In this document: positions 39,600 through 52,490 of the stretch, piece by piece | Layout: every line of letters begins with the position of its first letter | How positions within the stretch are numbered: the first letter of the stretch is position 1 | Source: Mobula hypostoma | Taxonomy: Eukaryota | Assembly: GCF_963921235.1 (NCBI RefSeq) | Contig: NC_086108.1 | Coordinates: 32,862,001 to 32,926,000 of the forward strand | DNA: 64,000 nucleotides | Direction of reading: 5' to 3' | Notes under the pieces: model-generated | What the model saw: the letters and a program-made list of their open reading frames with translations, nothing else | Told to the model about the DNA's origin: nothing | The model's database searches: none | Program-made: the position numbers and the translations under genes

Positions 39600-41670
39600 A
39601 TCTGCACACAGGTTGATGATGTTCCAGCTTCCAGGATCTACCAACCCAATCTCTGCACCCAGACCAGCAGACCTTCGACGAGCCAGTCCATTTGGAAGCG
39701 CGCACAGGGTGAAGAGCTGATTTCACTGAGCCCACACTATCAAGACCCAACTCCTGGACTCCACGAGAGCACCTGACACAGAGACCCAATGCCAAGAACC
39801 TACCGGAGTGAAGGAGACCTGACAATGCTGACCACAAGGCAAAAACCAACACAACAGAAGCAGCAGGGGACGAGGCCCAGGCGTGAACCATAGAGTGAAA
39901 GGGAGCTATCGTGATGCCTGACTCAACTGAACCCCCGATGCTAAGGCCTGTCCAGATCAGAAGCCCAAACCTACAAAGAACCCAAGGTTGTCCCAATGAC
40001 AAAGCTAACCCAGATGCCCCACTTACCTGTTGGACAGCCCATTCCCCCTCAGAACTTTCAGACTTACACAGGAACAAGAACTGGTCAGAAGAAACCACTC
40101 CAGGTCTTCCAGGTCTGGCCAGAATAAATTAATTACCTTCCCGTCCACATGGCTCCACCCCCAGGACTAACCTGACCCAACCACTTACCCCAGAAGCAAG
40201 GTAAGCAGGCTGGACCGCAGGTGCACTGAAGCAACATGGGTTCAAATCTCCCTTCCCAAACATCCTACCAGCTAACATCCAGACTGTTGAGTACAAAGTT
40301 GATGAACTAAGAGGGAGACTGGCCTTTGAAAGGGAACTGAGAGGCTGCTGTGTGCTACATCTCACCAAAACATAGCTTACACCCTCTTCACCCAACTACA
40401 CCACACAATCTGAGGGCTTTTCAGTTCACCTGTTGGATTCATCATGAAATGCGGGTCATGGCACACGTATCTAGCCTCCAAAACAACCTTGACCTACTGC
40501 AATTTGCGTCCTGCCAAAACAAGGCTAATACAAACACCACCTCCTGGAGTATCAAGACAAAGATACCAACAACAATCTATTGTATATTGACTACAGCTCA
40601 ACCTTCAATACTGTAATTCCAAATAAGCACATCTCCAAACTTCATGACCTATGACTCACCTCCTTTTGCGACCAAATCCTTGACAACAGACTGCAATCAG
40701 TAAGGTTCGGCTACAACACCTCCACCAAGATAAGTCTCAACATTGCTGTCCCATAAGGTTGCATCCTCAGCCCTCTACTCTCTATACACTCACGAATGAG
40801 TGGCCAAATTCTTCTTTAACTCCAGCTACAAAGTTTGCAGATGATACCACCCTAGTGGGTCATATCTCAAATAGCAATGAATTAGAGTACAGGAGGGAGA
40901 TAGAGAGCTTAGTGACATGGTGTCATGGCAACACCCTTTCCGTCAACGTCAGCAAAATGAAAGAGATGGCCATTGACGTCAGAAGATGGGCTGATGCACA
41001 TGTTCCTGTTTGAATCAATAGTACTGAGGTCAACAGGGGTTTTGACAGCTTCAAGTTCCTAGTCCTGTCCTGGTCCAACCACATTGACACCATGGCAAAG
41101 AAAACTCCCTGGCACCTCTACTTCCTGGGGGGGAGTGGTTAGAAATCTGTCATGTCCCCACTGATTCTTACCATTTTACCATAGAAAGCGTTCTATCCTG
41201 ATGCTTCATAGCTTGGTATGGCAAGTGCTCTGTCTGTGACCACAAGGAGATATACAGAGTGCAGGATACAGCTCAAACAGCATTAAACCAGCCTACCCTC
41301 CATGGATTCTGTATATAGTTCTCACTGCCTTAATAAAGACCCTACCCAACCCAGACATTTTCTTTTTTTCTCACGGTGCCACCAGGCAGGAGATACAAGA
41401 GTCTGAAAGCACATACCACCAGGTTCAAGGACAGCTTCCGTCCTGCTGCTAGAAGAGAAATGAATGGTTCCCTAATACAATAAAATGGAGCCTTGACCTC
41501 ACAATCTACCTCGTTATGACCTTGTGCTTCACTGTCTACCAGTACTGCATTTTCTCGACAACTGAAACATTTTATTCTGCAACGTTATGCACTGTTGTAA
41601 TGAATACTGCATGAACAGTATGCAAGGCAAGTTTTTCACTGTATAAAACAACACAATAATAACCCAATTT
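39600..41670 (+). mobile_element. Internally deleted Rex1/Babar-type LINE
   Basis: Endonuclease start (PNILPANIQTVEYKVDELR) at ~40255, then LDLLQFA, KFADDTTLVG..WCHGNTLSVNVSKMKEM and a 3' UTR. The 5' boundary is uncertain. Confidence 0.7.
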
Positions 41671-42499
41671 ACCATTTATCATTCTAGACAGCAGTGCAAA
41701 CTCAGTCCTGAGTATGCTGGGGATTGACATTAGTGGAGTTTTTCGGCATTAGAGAGTTGGGAAAATGGCAGAGGCATGAGGTCAGTAATGATCTTACTGA
41801 ATGTTGGAACATTGAATCACTATATTTCTACTGTATATATTTTAAATTTGAATAGTTTATAGATAACCAACTCTATATTTTTCCAGTACCATCAGCATTA
41901 AGCTAAACCTACTTTTTTCTGTAAATCTATGCTTGGAGTTACAGACATTTTTATTAAAGGAAATAAATCCTTGCTGTTCATTCTATTCAACCAGATGATT
42001 AAATTTCCCTCCAGGTCTAGCTAAGCCCTTTTCATAACCGAGGTACACCAGCTCTGACGATATCCTTGTAAAACGTCTGTAACCTCTTCAACATTACCAC
42101 GTCTTTATTCTTAATGCAGCATTCGAACTGTAGCCTTACTGCAGTACTAAACATCTTGTGCATGACCATTTACATTCTGTGCTCTGCCAATGAAGGGAAA
42201 TATTCTGCACTCCTTCACATTCACATAAACTGCCATTCCTGCTGTCATTGACTGAGTGAATGTACACTTTAAAATATTCTGAATTTTGTGGAGGAAAAGG
42301 AATCAGTTCAATCATACATGCCTTTACCTCGCTTGACTTCCCCAAAAACACCAAAACTGAATTCCAATTATCGCATTTCTAACTATCTTCTTGCTCTTGC
42401 TAACTGCCAGGCTTTGAATCATTTACACAGAAGGCTCCTCCATTTCTAAATAATCAATAATATCCCAAAACACATGCAGCACAGGCATTGATTTCTTTC

Positions 42500-42768
42500 A
42501 TTTTCTTTGAAGTGTAGTGCAGAGTAGGCCCCCTGGCCCTTCCAGCCGCACTGCCCCAGCAACCCCAGCCTAATCACAGGACAATTTACAATGAAACCAA
42601 TTCACCTACCAAACAGTACACCTTCGGACCATGGGAGGGAACTGGTGCTCCCAGATGAATCCCATGCATTCCACAGGGAGGACATACAATCTCCTTACAG
42701 CGGATGCCAGAATTGAACTCTGAGCTCTGATTCCCCGAGCTGTAACAGCGTCATGCTAACCGCTACGC
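42500..42768 (-). mobile_element. tRNA-derived V-SINE (HE1-like)
   Basis: Minus strand has an A-box-like GTAGCGGTTAGC, a B-box-like GAGTTCAATTC, a V-domain-like core (GATTGTATGTCCTCCCTGTG...TTCCTCCCA) and a CR1-like tail. Confidence 0.7.
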
Positions 42769-43314
42769 TCTTTTCAGCTATTCTTTTCTTCCAGACACTA
42801 AAGCAGTTGCAGACCATTATCATTTGCTCTCAGCCACTGTTCCATTTTTAGATCCTCTTCCACATCCTCTTTTTACTCTGATTATTCCGCGAGGAAACTC
42901 CATCAAGTGCCCAATAAAACCCATGTAATCATCCTTTTGACTGTTAGTTCCTCAATGAGTTTGATCAATTAGGAGAGAGAAGTATCCCTGAAGATTTATC
43001 TTTTATTAATCTATGCCTTCCAAAAATTATGCCATAACTTTGAACATTTTCCAATTCATTCCACTTGTGGCTCTGAAAGAGTTACCCAATTAATCACTTC
43101 CTTCTGCAGTTACTACATTTTGACTATACACTGAATGCTATTATGATTGATACCATTAAACTCAACTTTCAGGCAATACATTCCATATCACTGCAAATTC
43201 CAATCAACAAAACCTCTTGGTTATGATCCCATTCCCTGCATTGCCATTTCTAATGACTGGTATGAGGGTGGATGTGAAAGAAACTGTTTAAACCCTACCT
43301 CTTGCATGGCTTAC

Positions 43315-44130
43315 ACAGAGACGCAAGACATAGGAGCAGAATTAGGCCATTTGGCTCATTGTGTCTACTCCGCCATTCCATCAGGGCTGATTTATTATCC
43401 TGCTCAACCCCATTCTCTTGCCTTCTCCCTATAACCTTTGCTTCTTGATTAGTATGGATTTCAATCAACCCCTGCTTTAAATATACCCAATGACTTGGCC
43501 TCCACAGCCATCAGTGGCAATGAATTCCACAGATTCATTACCCTCTGGCTAAAGAAAGTCATCCTCACCTCTGTTCTAAATAGAGGCTGTGCCCTCTGGT
43601 TCTAGACTCCCCCACTATAGGAAATATCCCCTCCACATCCACTCTAGACCTTTCAATATTTGATAGGTTTCAATAAGATCACCCTCATTCTTCTAAACTC
43701 CAGCTGGTACACGCCCAGAGCAAACAAACTCTCCTCATATGTTAACCCTTTCATTCCCAGAATCATTCTTGTGAACCCTCTTTGAATCCTTTCCAATGGC
43801 TGCACATCTTTTCTAAGGTAAGTGGTCCAAAACTGCTCACAATATTCTAACTGTGGTCTGTCCAGGGCCTTATTAAGCCTCAGCATTACAACCTCGCTTT
43901 TATATTCTAGTCCTCTCAAAATGAATGCTCGCATTGCATTTGCCTTCCTTACCACTGACTCAACATGCATGTTAACCTTTAGCGAAGCCTGCATGAGGAG
44001 TCCAAGTCCATTTATGCATCTGATTTTTGAATTTTCTTCCCATTTAGAAAATGATCTACAGCTTTATTCCTTTTACCAAAGTGCATGATCATGCTTTCCC
44101 TACACTATGTTCCATCTGCCATGTTGCACT
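43315..44130 (-). mobile_element. CR1-type LINE 3' fragment
   Basis: VRKANAMRAFILRGLEYKS..RPQLEYCEQFW. Confidence 0.85.
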
Positions 44131-44134
44131 TCAA

Positions 44135-45300
44135 ATCATCCCGACTGTAATTTTGCTTTTTCTTCCTCAGTCTCATTACACGCTACTTCTACTTGTATAC
44201 CAAGTGCCCCATTTTCAGCTCCATCAATCCAGCTCCCAAACCCCTGACAAATTAGTTTAAATCTTCTCCAATAACTCTAACAATCCTGCTCCCAAGGATA
44301 TTGGCCCCTTCAGGTTCAGGTATAACACAGGTCACACCTTCCCCAGAAGAGATCACAATGATCCAGAAATCTGAAACCCTGCCCCATATCCTCAACCACA
44401 CATTCATCTGCTAAATCATCTTATTCTTATCCTCACTGGCACATAGCACGGGCAGCAATCCAGAAATGACTACCCTCTTTTTAGCTTCCTACCCAACACC
44501 CAGTATTCTCTCTTCAAGACCTCCTCCCTCTGTCGTTGGTACCACGATTTCTGGATGCTCACCTTCCCCCTTGAGAATGCTGTGGACCCGATCCAGGATA
44601 TCTCTGACCCTGGCACCCGGGAGGCAACATACCATCCGAGCGTCTCGTTCACATCCACAGAATCTCCTGTCTATTCTACCTGTGGAATCCCCAACCACTA
44701 CTGCACCCTTCACTCCCTTTTCCTGCTGAGCCACAGAGCCAGACTCAGTGTCTGAAATCCAGTCACTGCAGCTTCCCCCGGTAGGTAGTTTCTCTTCCCC
44801 CAGTTTCCAAAGTAGCATACTTATTATTAAGAGGAATGGCCCTAGGGGTACACTGCAGTGGCTATTTATTCCCTTTTCCTCTCCTGACACTCACCCAGGT
44901 ATCAGCCTCCTGCAAGTTAGGAGTGACTACCTCCCTGCAGTTCCTATCTATCACTTCCTCATTCTCCTAGATGAACCAAAGGTCATCCGGCCGCAGCTCC
45001 ATGCACTTTGTGCAGATGTAGTTATCAGGGAGATTAAAGATCTCTCTGAGTTCCCAAATCCCATAAAGAGAACATAAGACCGACTGTGAACCCATTCTCA
45101 GCTAACAGACAAACAAAGAGGAAAAAGCTCACTAGAAACTTACTTAGAGTCTCTGTCTGTGCATGCATAAACCTGTTGAGCCAAAGCCTGACCACTGCTC
45201 TCTCACACCTTGATTCTTTTCATTGGCCTTTGCCAAAGTGCCTAGATCATTAAGATTGCAGCCCACCAAAAAGCTCCAAAAGGCCGAGTTCTACTGAAAC
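44135..45300 (-). mobile_element. CR1-type LINE 5'/ORF1 fragment (SGNH-esterase-like)
   Basis: AVVVGDS..RIDRRFCGCERDARMVCCLPGARVRDI is the CR1 ORF1 esterase block. Confidence 0.75.
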
Positions 45301-45349
45301 CTCGTGCCACCTCAAACAATCATGCAACTGCTCTCAATGATTGCAGCCC

Positions 45350-46183
45350 ACCGAGAAAGATTGCTGACGTCGTTGATAGTGAGGACAGTAATCTCCAGCT
45401 ACAGGATGCTGTTAATGAGACGGTAAGGTAGACAGAAACACTGCAGATGGAATTTAATCCTGATATATATGAGGAGTGATATTTTGTCATGACTAATAAA
45501 GCTAGTAGAGCCCTAGGGTACAGAGGAACAGAGAGACTCTGATATACATCCAAGGATTCCTGAAAGTGACATCACAGGTAGATAAACCAAGAAAGCATAA
45601 CAGATTCTTGCTTTAATTAGCCAGGGCATAGAATATAAAAAAGGGAGATATGGAACGATGTTATAAAACATTAGTTAGGCCACTCTTGCGCATTGTTCTG
45701 GTTACCGCACTGTTGGCAGGATGTGACTGTGGTGCAAACATTGCAAAGGATACTGTTGGGGATGGAACCTTTCACCCATGATGAGAAACTGAATATTTCA
45801 GGCTTGTTTTCCCTGGTGAAATGTAGATGCTGAGGGCAAATTTGATAGAGGTGCAATAAATTATGAGGGGCATATGTAAGGTGGACAGTGAGGAACTTTT
45901 CCCCTCAGTGGAACTGTATAAAACCAGACAGAAGTTCAGGATAAGAACCTAAACTTCTTTCAGGGAATCTGAAGGTGAAATTTTTCCATATCTAGAGACT
46001 AGCTGGAATTTCAAATGCATTGCATAAGACGGTGGTGTAACAAGAGACTCACAGCATTTTAAAAGGATCTCCAAATGGACCAAATATCAACAAATAGGAT
46101 TGGTGAATTAATGGGGACTCGGTGGTCAGGATGGGTAGCGTATGCCGAAGGGCCAGTTTCTGTGCTGACTTAATCATGACTCT
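45350..46183 (+). mobile_element. Old CR1 3' fragment ending at the PLPP6 donor site
   Basis: Degenerate RT C-terminus and tail GCCGAAGGGCCAGTTTCTGTGCTG...ATGACTCT. Confidence 0.65.
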
Positions 46184-46186
46184 TAC

Positions 46187-46667
46187 CCAAGAGCAGGTTG
46201 AGCAGCACTTCCTGCCCGGCGGCACTGTCGCTCTTCCACAGACAATACAAGGTGCCTGCTATCCAAGGGATGCCGTGGCCCGTCACCTCGATAAGCTTCA
46301 TGATGGGCCGGGCGCTGCCCCAAGGTGAGTCCTCGGTGGCGCACACACCCAGGCGCTTGGACAGCCACAGGTCAATGGCCAGCAACGACCGCAGGGCGAT
46401 ACCGAGCAGCGACGGGTTTAACTTCATGCAGTCTTCTTCGGGCAGCTGTGACTGTGCGGTGGCGGCGAGGCAGGAGGAGGAGGAGGAACCCGAGTCCCGG
46501 CGCAGGCCGTGGCCTTCCAGCTGCGTCGCCCGGTGCCGTGGTGATGGCGGCTCCAAGCCCGGTCTCTGCAGAAAGCCCGGCGGCCGACTCTGCACTAAGA
46601 ACTCCAGCCTCCCGCCTCCGCGCGTCTCCCGCTCACGACTCCTGGACTTCGGAGAGTGAGCCGGCAT
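46187..46667 (-). CDS. PLPP6: Phospholipid phosphatase 6 (polyisoprenoid diphosphate phosphatase, PPAPDC2), coding exon 1
   Basis: ATG at 46667 (AACATGC). Translation [12 protein letters not shown]...[69 protein letters not shown]...QEVLLNLLL matches the PLPP6/PLPP7 N-terminal half. The exon ends at the donor G|GTAAGA (intron starts 46186, phase 1) and lies in a CpG island. Confidence 0.95.
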
Positions 46668-46830
46668 GTTTGCGATCGGCGGCCGGGCTCGGGGTTTGGT
46701 CCCCGGGTGCAAAGCTACGCCGCCATCTTCCCGCCGGCGCGTCTCGCGGGAGCGGGGCGGCGCGTCACCTGTCAATCATCCGCCCGCACTGACATTGAAT
46801 GTGCCGCAGCCACCGAGTCACCGAGTCTCC
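46200..46830. promoter_or_regulatory. CpG island over PLPP6 exon 1 and promoter
   Basis: Sharp rise in GC and CpG density. GC boxes (GGGGCGG ~46754, CCGCCC ~46780) lie just upstream of the ATG. Confidence 0.8.
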
Positions 46831-46994
46831 CACACGCTCTGACACAACCACTGAATGAACTGCTACAATGCCTGCTTGCTGTCTTGGCATTGAATGAATC
46901 GCAGCAACAAAGCAACAACAGAACAGCAACTGCGGCGTTAAATCGACTGCGACAATGTTCGCCTGTTCTACATTGAACGAACGACAGCAAACGG

Positions 46995-47750
46995 ATATTT
47001 GGACTAAAGAAACAGAACATAGAACAATCCTGATATTTGTTCTCTTCGCAAACATCCATGAAAACAAGAGTGTCCCAAAGAATGAACGACAGTTAAAGTT
47101 AGAACCCCAAAGCTCCCTCCCTTCCCATGCACAAGCAGCAGCAAGCAACGATCCCCCACCCCCACCAGCAAAAAAGTATCGGAGTCCCCCACTGAGTGCT
47201 GAAGTGTGCAGCAAAAGACACAGACATCCCAAAGACTACTCGTTCACCCGGTAATTCAACATACCACAGATTCTCTCTCTCCCTAATAAGGGAAAAAGAG
47301 ATGTCCCCATTTCACAGCAAGAGGGGAGACATAACAAACAACCTGCTGATATATGATGTTAGAAGTTTTATCCGAGCTCTGCGCCCGGAGAGTCGGCCCC
47401 AGGGCTCAGGTCCCTGGACACACAGCCCACGGCAGCTAACCCGGTGCTCCCGATGTTCCGTGTTGTCCCACGACGCCTCAGGGGCACTGGCCTTGAATCA
47501 GTCCGTCTCCAGAGCTATGAAAATCCAGCACCCTGAAGGTGCACTAGTCTTCCAGGTCGCATCCTCGGGGTATCAAAAAGTGGCCGGTCATGAGGCCCTG
47601 AGAATGGGTCTCATTCCCGCAGAGTGTAACTCCAGGTCAGGATCTGCAAAAGAACCTTGAAAAGGGAAAAAAGAGATATCAAAGATAGAAATTGAGCGTT
47701 TCTGAAGATGCAAGCAACAGAGTCACACTTAGCACCATCATCACTTCGCT
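46995..47750 (-). mobile_element. Non-autonomous retroelement (same family as 1890-2675)
   Basis: Reverse-complement homology, e.g. ACTCGTTCACCCGGTAATTC..CATACCAC. Confidence 0.7.
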
Positions 47751-48089
47751 CCTAAGAATCTAAGAACATTTCAAACATTAAAAAATTTAAACATATTTGC
47801 CTTCACTATCACCCGTGGCAGTGGATTCCTGACACTCACCACCTTCTGTGCTGCACATCTCCTTGGAACTTTCCCCCTCTCACCTTTAATGCATGTCTTC
47901 TAGTATTGGACATTTCGATCCTGGGGAAAAGTGACTGGCTGTCTTTGCTTCACATAACCTTATAAACATCTATCATGTCTCCTCCTCACTTCTTTGAGAC
48001 GACAACCCAATTTTGTCCTTTCTCTTCTTATAGCACCTGCTCTAAAATCCAGGTAAACCCCTTCTGCACCCACTCCAAAGTCTCCACTT

Positions 48090-49605
48090 ATATCAGGATG
48101 CTCTTCATTGCCTACAGCTCAGCATGAAAACTATCATCCCCTCAAAACTGATCACTAAGCTCCAAGACCTAGGCCACCATATTTTGCTTGTGCAACAGGA
48201 TCCTGGATTTGCCCACTTGCTGACCCCAGTCAGCTCGGATTGCCAACAACACTTCCCCCACAATCACCATCAACACAAGTGCAGCACAAGGCTGTGTGCT
48301 CAGCCCCCTGCTCTGCTTATCACTGTGAGGTTGTATAGTTCCACCACACTCAGGTTTGCTGATGACACCTCTGCTGTTGGCGGATTCAAAGTTGGTGAGA
48401 AATCATCACAGAGGATGAATGAAAGTCTGGTCAAATGGTGCCACAACAACAACTTCTTTCTCAATGCCAACAAAACCAAAACGCCGATTATCGACTACAG
48501 GAGGAAGAAATTGGGGGTTCATTGGGGTGTTCAGAGGTCAGTAATTTTAAATTCCTTGGCATTCCCATTTCAGAGGGCCTGTTCTGGGGCCAGCGTGTTA
48601 GTGCCATTACAGAGAAGGCATGGCGGCACCTCTGCTTTCTTACAAATTTGCACTGATTTGGCCTGTCATCAAAAATGTTGACAAACTTCTATAGGTACAC
48701 AGTAGACAGTATCCTGACTGGTTGCATCATGGCCTGTTATGGTTGGAAACACCAATGCCCAAGAATGGAACAGTCTACAGAAGGTAAAGGATAGAATCCC
48801 GTCCATCACAGGAAAAGCCCTCTCCAAAAACGAACACATCTACAAGGAGCACTACCACAAGAAAGCAGCATCCATCATCGAGGGCATGCTCTCTTCTCAC
48901 CACTGCCATCAAGAAGGAGGTTACAGGAGCCTTAGTTCCCACACCATCAGGTTCAGGGACCGTTATTATTCTTCAACCATCAGTCTTCTGAACCAGCATT
49001 GATAACTTCACTCACCTCGACACCGAACTGATTCCACAACCTATGGACTCAAACTCAAGGACTCTACAACTCAGGTTCTCAGTATTATTTATTTTCTTAT
49101 TTATATATTTTTTGTATTTGCATAATTTGTCTTTTGCATATTGATTGTCCATCATTTTGTGTGATATTTCATTGATTCTGTTGTATTTCTTTGTTCTACT
49201 GTGAAGGCCTGCAAGAAAATGAATCTCAGGGTAGTACAGTATATTGTGACATACACATACCTTGTAATGTAGAAACTCTGATCTCAAACCTCTGCTGCGC
49301 TGTGGCTATACCTGCTCATGGGGAAGGCTTCGGGAATAAACACAGAGAAAAAATCTATAGCTGGACTACCTAAGGCAGTCCAATGCTGACTGGCAACTCC
49401 TGCGATGCCGCTGGTGCCAAATTGTATTGACCTCTACCATCTCCTTTGGATTCATTAGCTGTGTGGAGAGGTTTAGCCTGCTCTCCATATTGTACTGCCT
49501 GGCTTGCATATCAGGTAGACAACTAAGATGCAATATCCATGGTTGATCGCAACCAACAAAGGGCCTCAATGCATACTTTGTTAATAAATTTACTTCGAAC
49601 TTTGA
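48090..49605 (+). mobile_element. Rex1/Babar LINE fragment with a short insertion (~49270-49570) in its tail
   Basis: TIIPSKLITKLQDLG and RFADDT..WCHNNNFFLNANKTK. The tail ends AATAAATTTACTTCGAACTTTGA. Confidence 0.75.
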
Positions 49606-50674
49606 GCACCCTTCCTATAATGGGGCAACTAGATATTCCAGATATGCCCTAATTAGAGTTTTATAAAGCTGTGACATAACTTCCTGACTCTTGAACTCAG
49701 TGTCTCAATTAATAAATGCAAGCATGCCGAATAGCTTCTTTACCACCCCATCAAACTCTGCAGCCACTTTCAGAGAGCTGGGGACTTGGACCTGAAGATC
49801 TCTCTATACAACAACACTGTTAAGGGTCCTGCGATTAACTTTGTACTCTTCCTTTACATTTGATCTCCCAACTGCAACATCTCACAATTGGAATATTGAA
49901 CTCCACCTGACATTTCTCTGTAACTGATCAATATCCTGCTGTATTCTTTGGAAAACTTCTACACTATCTACAAAGTAGAAGAGCATTTGCCTCTTGCATC
50001 TGCTCTGCCAAGATCAATATTTCTAAATGATTTACAGCACAGAAGGAGGCTGCTTGTCCCATACCTCCCATTGCCAATTCACAGGGCAATCCCGTCCCCC
50101 CCACTAATTTTCTCCGGTAACTTCTCCACATTGTCATCAACTACCCCTATATCATCCGAAGAGGAGCTTAGAGTGGTCAGTAATCTTTTACTTCAGCAGT
50201 GCTGTCCTGCACTAATTCCATATACCTTGATGCCTTAGTTATATAGTTATTTGTTGATTTCTGTATTGAATATATTTAACGACAGAGCCTCCGCACCAAT
50301 CTTGGGTAGATAATTTCAAAACTGCACTGCCCTTTCTGCATAGAAATTTCTTCTCATTTCAGTCCTGAGTGGTTGGTATGTTATTTTGATACTGTGCCTT
50401 GATCCACCACACCCCAGCCAAATGAAGCCTTTTCCTCACACCTACTCTGAGAAGTCCCAGAAGGAATTTATAAGCTTCAGTGAGGTCACCCTTTGAACTC
50501 TAGAGGGTACATACTCAATAGATACGCTGGCACTGCATGAACTGCGGTAACAGAGCTGCAGATAACTACGTGGAATGAATTGCAGCAACATTACTGTATG
50601 CCTAGTATTGAGTGAAAGACAGTAGAGATATTGAATAAACTGCATTAAAGATTGCGTTCCTGTTTGCCTGCTCT

Positions 50675-51120
50675 CTACAGGAGCAGAATTTGGCCATTTG
50701 GCCCACTGAGACTGCTCTGCCATTCCATCATGGCTAATTTGTTATCCCTCTCCTGCTTTCTCTGCATAACCTCTTACTAATCAAGAACCTATCAACCTTC
50801 TCTTTAAATATACTCAATGACTAGGCCTCCACAGCTGTCTGCGGCAATGAATTCCACAGATTCACTGGCCTCTGGCTGAAGAAATTCCACCTTTTCTCAG
50901 CTCTAACTGGACATCCCTCTATTCTGAGGCTGTGCCCTCTGCTCCTAGACTAGAGGAAACATTCTATCCACATCCATGCTATCTTGGCCTTTCAATTGTT
51001 GATAGGTTTCAATGAGATCCCTCTCATTCTTCTAAACTCCACTGAGTATAGGCCCCGAGCCATCAATATTTTCATTCCTGGAATTATTCTCATGATCCTC
51101 CTCTGGATCCTCTCCAATGT
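50675..51120 (-). mobile_element. CR1 3' fragment
   Basis: Homologous to 43315-43800. Confidence 0.75.
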
Positions 51121-51929
51121 CTACTATTAGACGCCAAGATCTATTATTTTTAGAGTTCTGATTTATTATCATGCAACTAAATCAGGGATAGAACTTCAGT
51201 ATGATTTGCTTCAAAATGGAGACACAAGAGACTGCAGATGCTCAAATGTGGAGAAACACAAAGCATTGGAGGAACTGAGCAGGTCACGCAGTACCTGGGG
51301 AGGCAAGTGGACCATTGAATTTTGGATCAAGCCAAAATATCAGCTATTCATTTCCTTCCATAGATGCTGCCTGACCCATTGAGTTCCTCCAACAACTGTT
51401 TGATTAAAATCTGATATTTGTTCCAGTAAATTTTTAATTGGAAATGGATTTGGTTTATTAAAGATGAAGAGATTAGGCTTCAGTCCTGGATGGCTACAAC
51501 AATGGCTAGCTGAACTGAAACTGAATGACCCTCTCTCTCTTGGAACTGAAGAAACTGCAGCAGCATCTGTGTGCTTCAGATTAACCCAAACAACAGAGCT
51601 GCACACAATGACGTAGAATAAATTGCAGCATGCTTTTGCCCTACCATTACAAGACCATGACAGATCTTCCACTTCAACCCCATTTTCTTGTCCTGTCCCC
51701 ATATCCCTGATAAACCAGAAAATCTATCAATCTCTGTTTTGAGTAACGAGTGCCCCTTTGGGGTTAAGAATTTGAAAGATCACCAATATGATATGAGGGC
51801 GAGTTTAAGAGGTTGTTAGACACATGACTGTATGATGAATGGAGGGATATGGGTCATGCACACAGAAGAGATTCAGTTTATATCGGGACAACACACACAA
51901 AATGCCAGGCAGCATCTATGGAGAGAAAT

Positions 51930-52490
51930 GGGTAGGCTTCTGTGTTTGAGTGGTGTCTCTCTCTTTCGATAATGTCAGAGGATGTTTCCGAGGTTCTGTG
52001 TTTACGGATTTGGATGAAGGACTATGGACTTTTTCAGTCGTATGGTTTTTATATTCCATGTGGGTTGCCTGTTCTTTCTAGATGCCTTTTTGTTTGGAGG
52101 GGCAGTTGGGTTGGGGGTGGCAGGGGGCGGGTTGATGTTCTTGTGATGTTTTTGTTAGTTTTTTTGTGTGGGGGAGTGGGATTTGGAGGTCGATGTTCTT
52201 GTTGAGCTTTTGTTAGTTTTTTTTTGCAGGGAGGTGGGTGTTTGGGGGTGGATGTTCTCGTTGCATTTGTGTGGGGGGAGGTGGATTTTGGGCCAATATT
52301 GCAATTTTTGCGGGGGCGCAGGGTTTGGAGGTTTGATGATCATGTTGCTGTTCTTTTTTTGAGTGGGGAGTGGTTTGCTGTTTCTCCTTGAACTGACTTC
52401 CATGGTTTTCTTTGTTTCGTGGCTATCTGAAGAAGATGAATCTCAGAATTGTATACTGCATCATACTTAGATAATAAATTAACCTTCAAA
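51930..52490 (+). mobile_element. G/T-rich non-autonomous element with Rex1-like tail
   Basis: G/T-rich body ending GAATCTCAGAATTGTATAC..ATAATAAATTAACCTT. Confidence 0.5.

Larger units (their letters stand above)
13408..46186 (-). other. PLPP6: PLPP6 intron (32,779 bp, GT-AG, phase 1), TE-rich
   Basis: Canonical donor and acceptor join the two halves of the protein without a gap. Confidence 0.9.

Noticed and set aside
13034..46667. Calling the gene PLPP7 (NET39) because of its two-exon structure
   Set aside because: Intact KxxxxxxRP and PSGH motifs and the [15 protein letters not shown] and RRRRP.HN.MDMF signatures match PLPP6.
46668..46775. N-terminal extension of PLPP6 given by the ORF track
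   Set aside because: It starts at a non-ATG codon. The first ATG (46667) has good context and gives a family-typical length.
46122..46976. Overlapping plus-strand ORFs across PLPP6 exon 1
   Set aside because: Expected from stop-codon scarcity in GC-rich sequence, and there is no homology.
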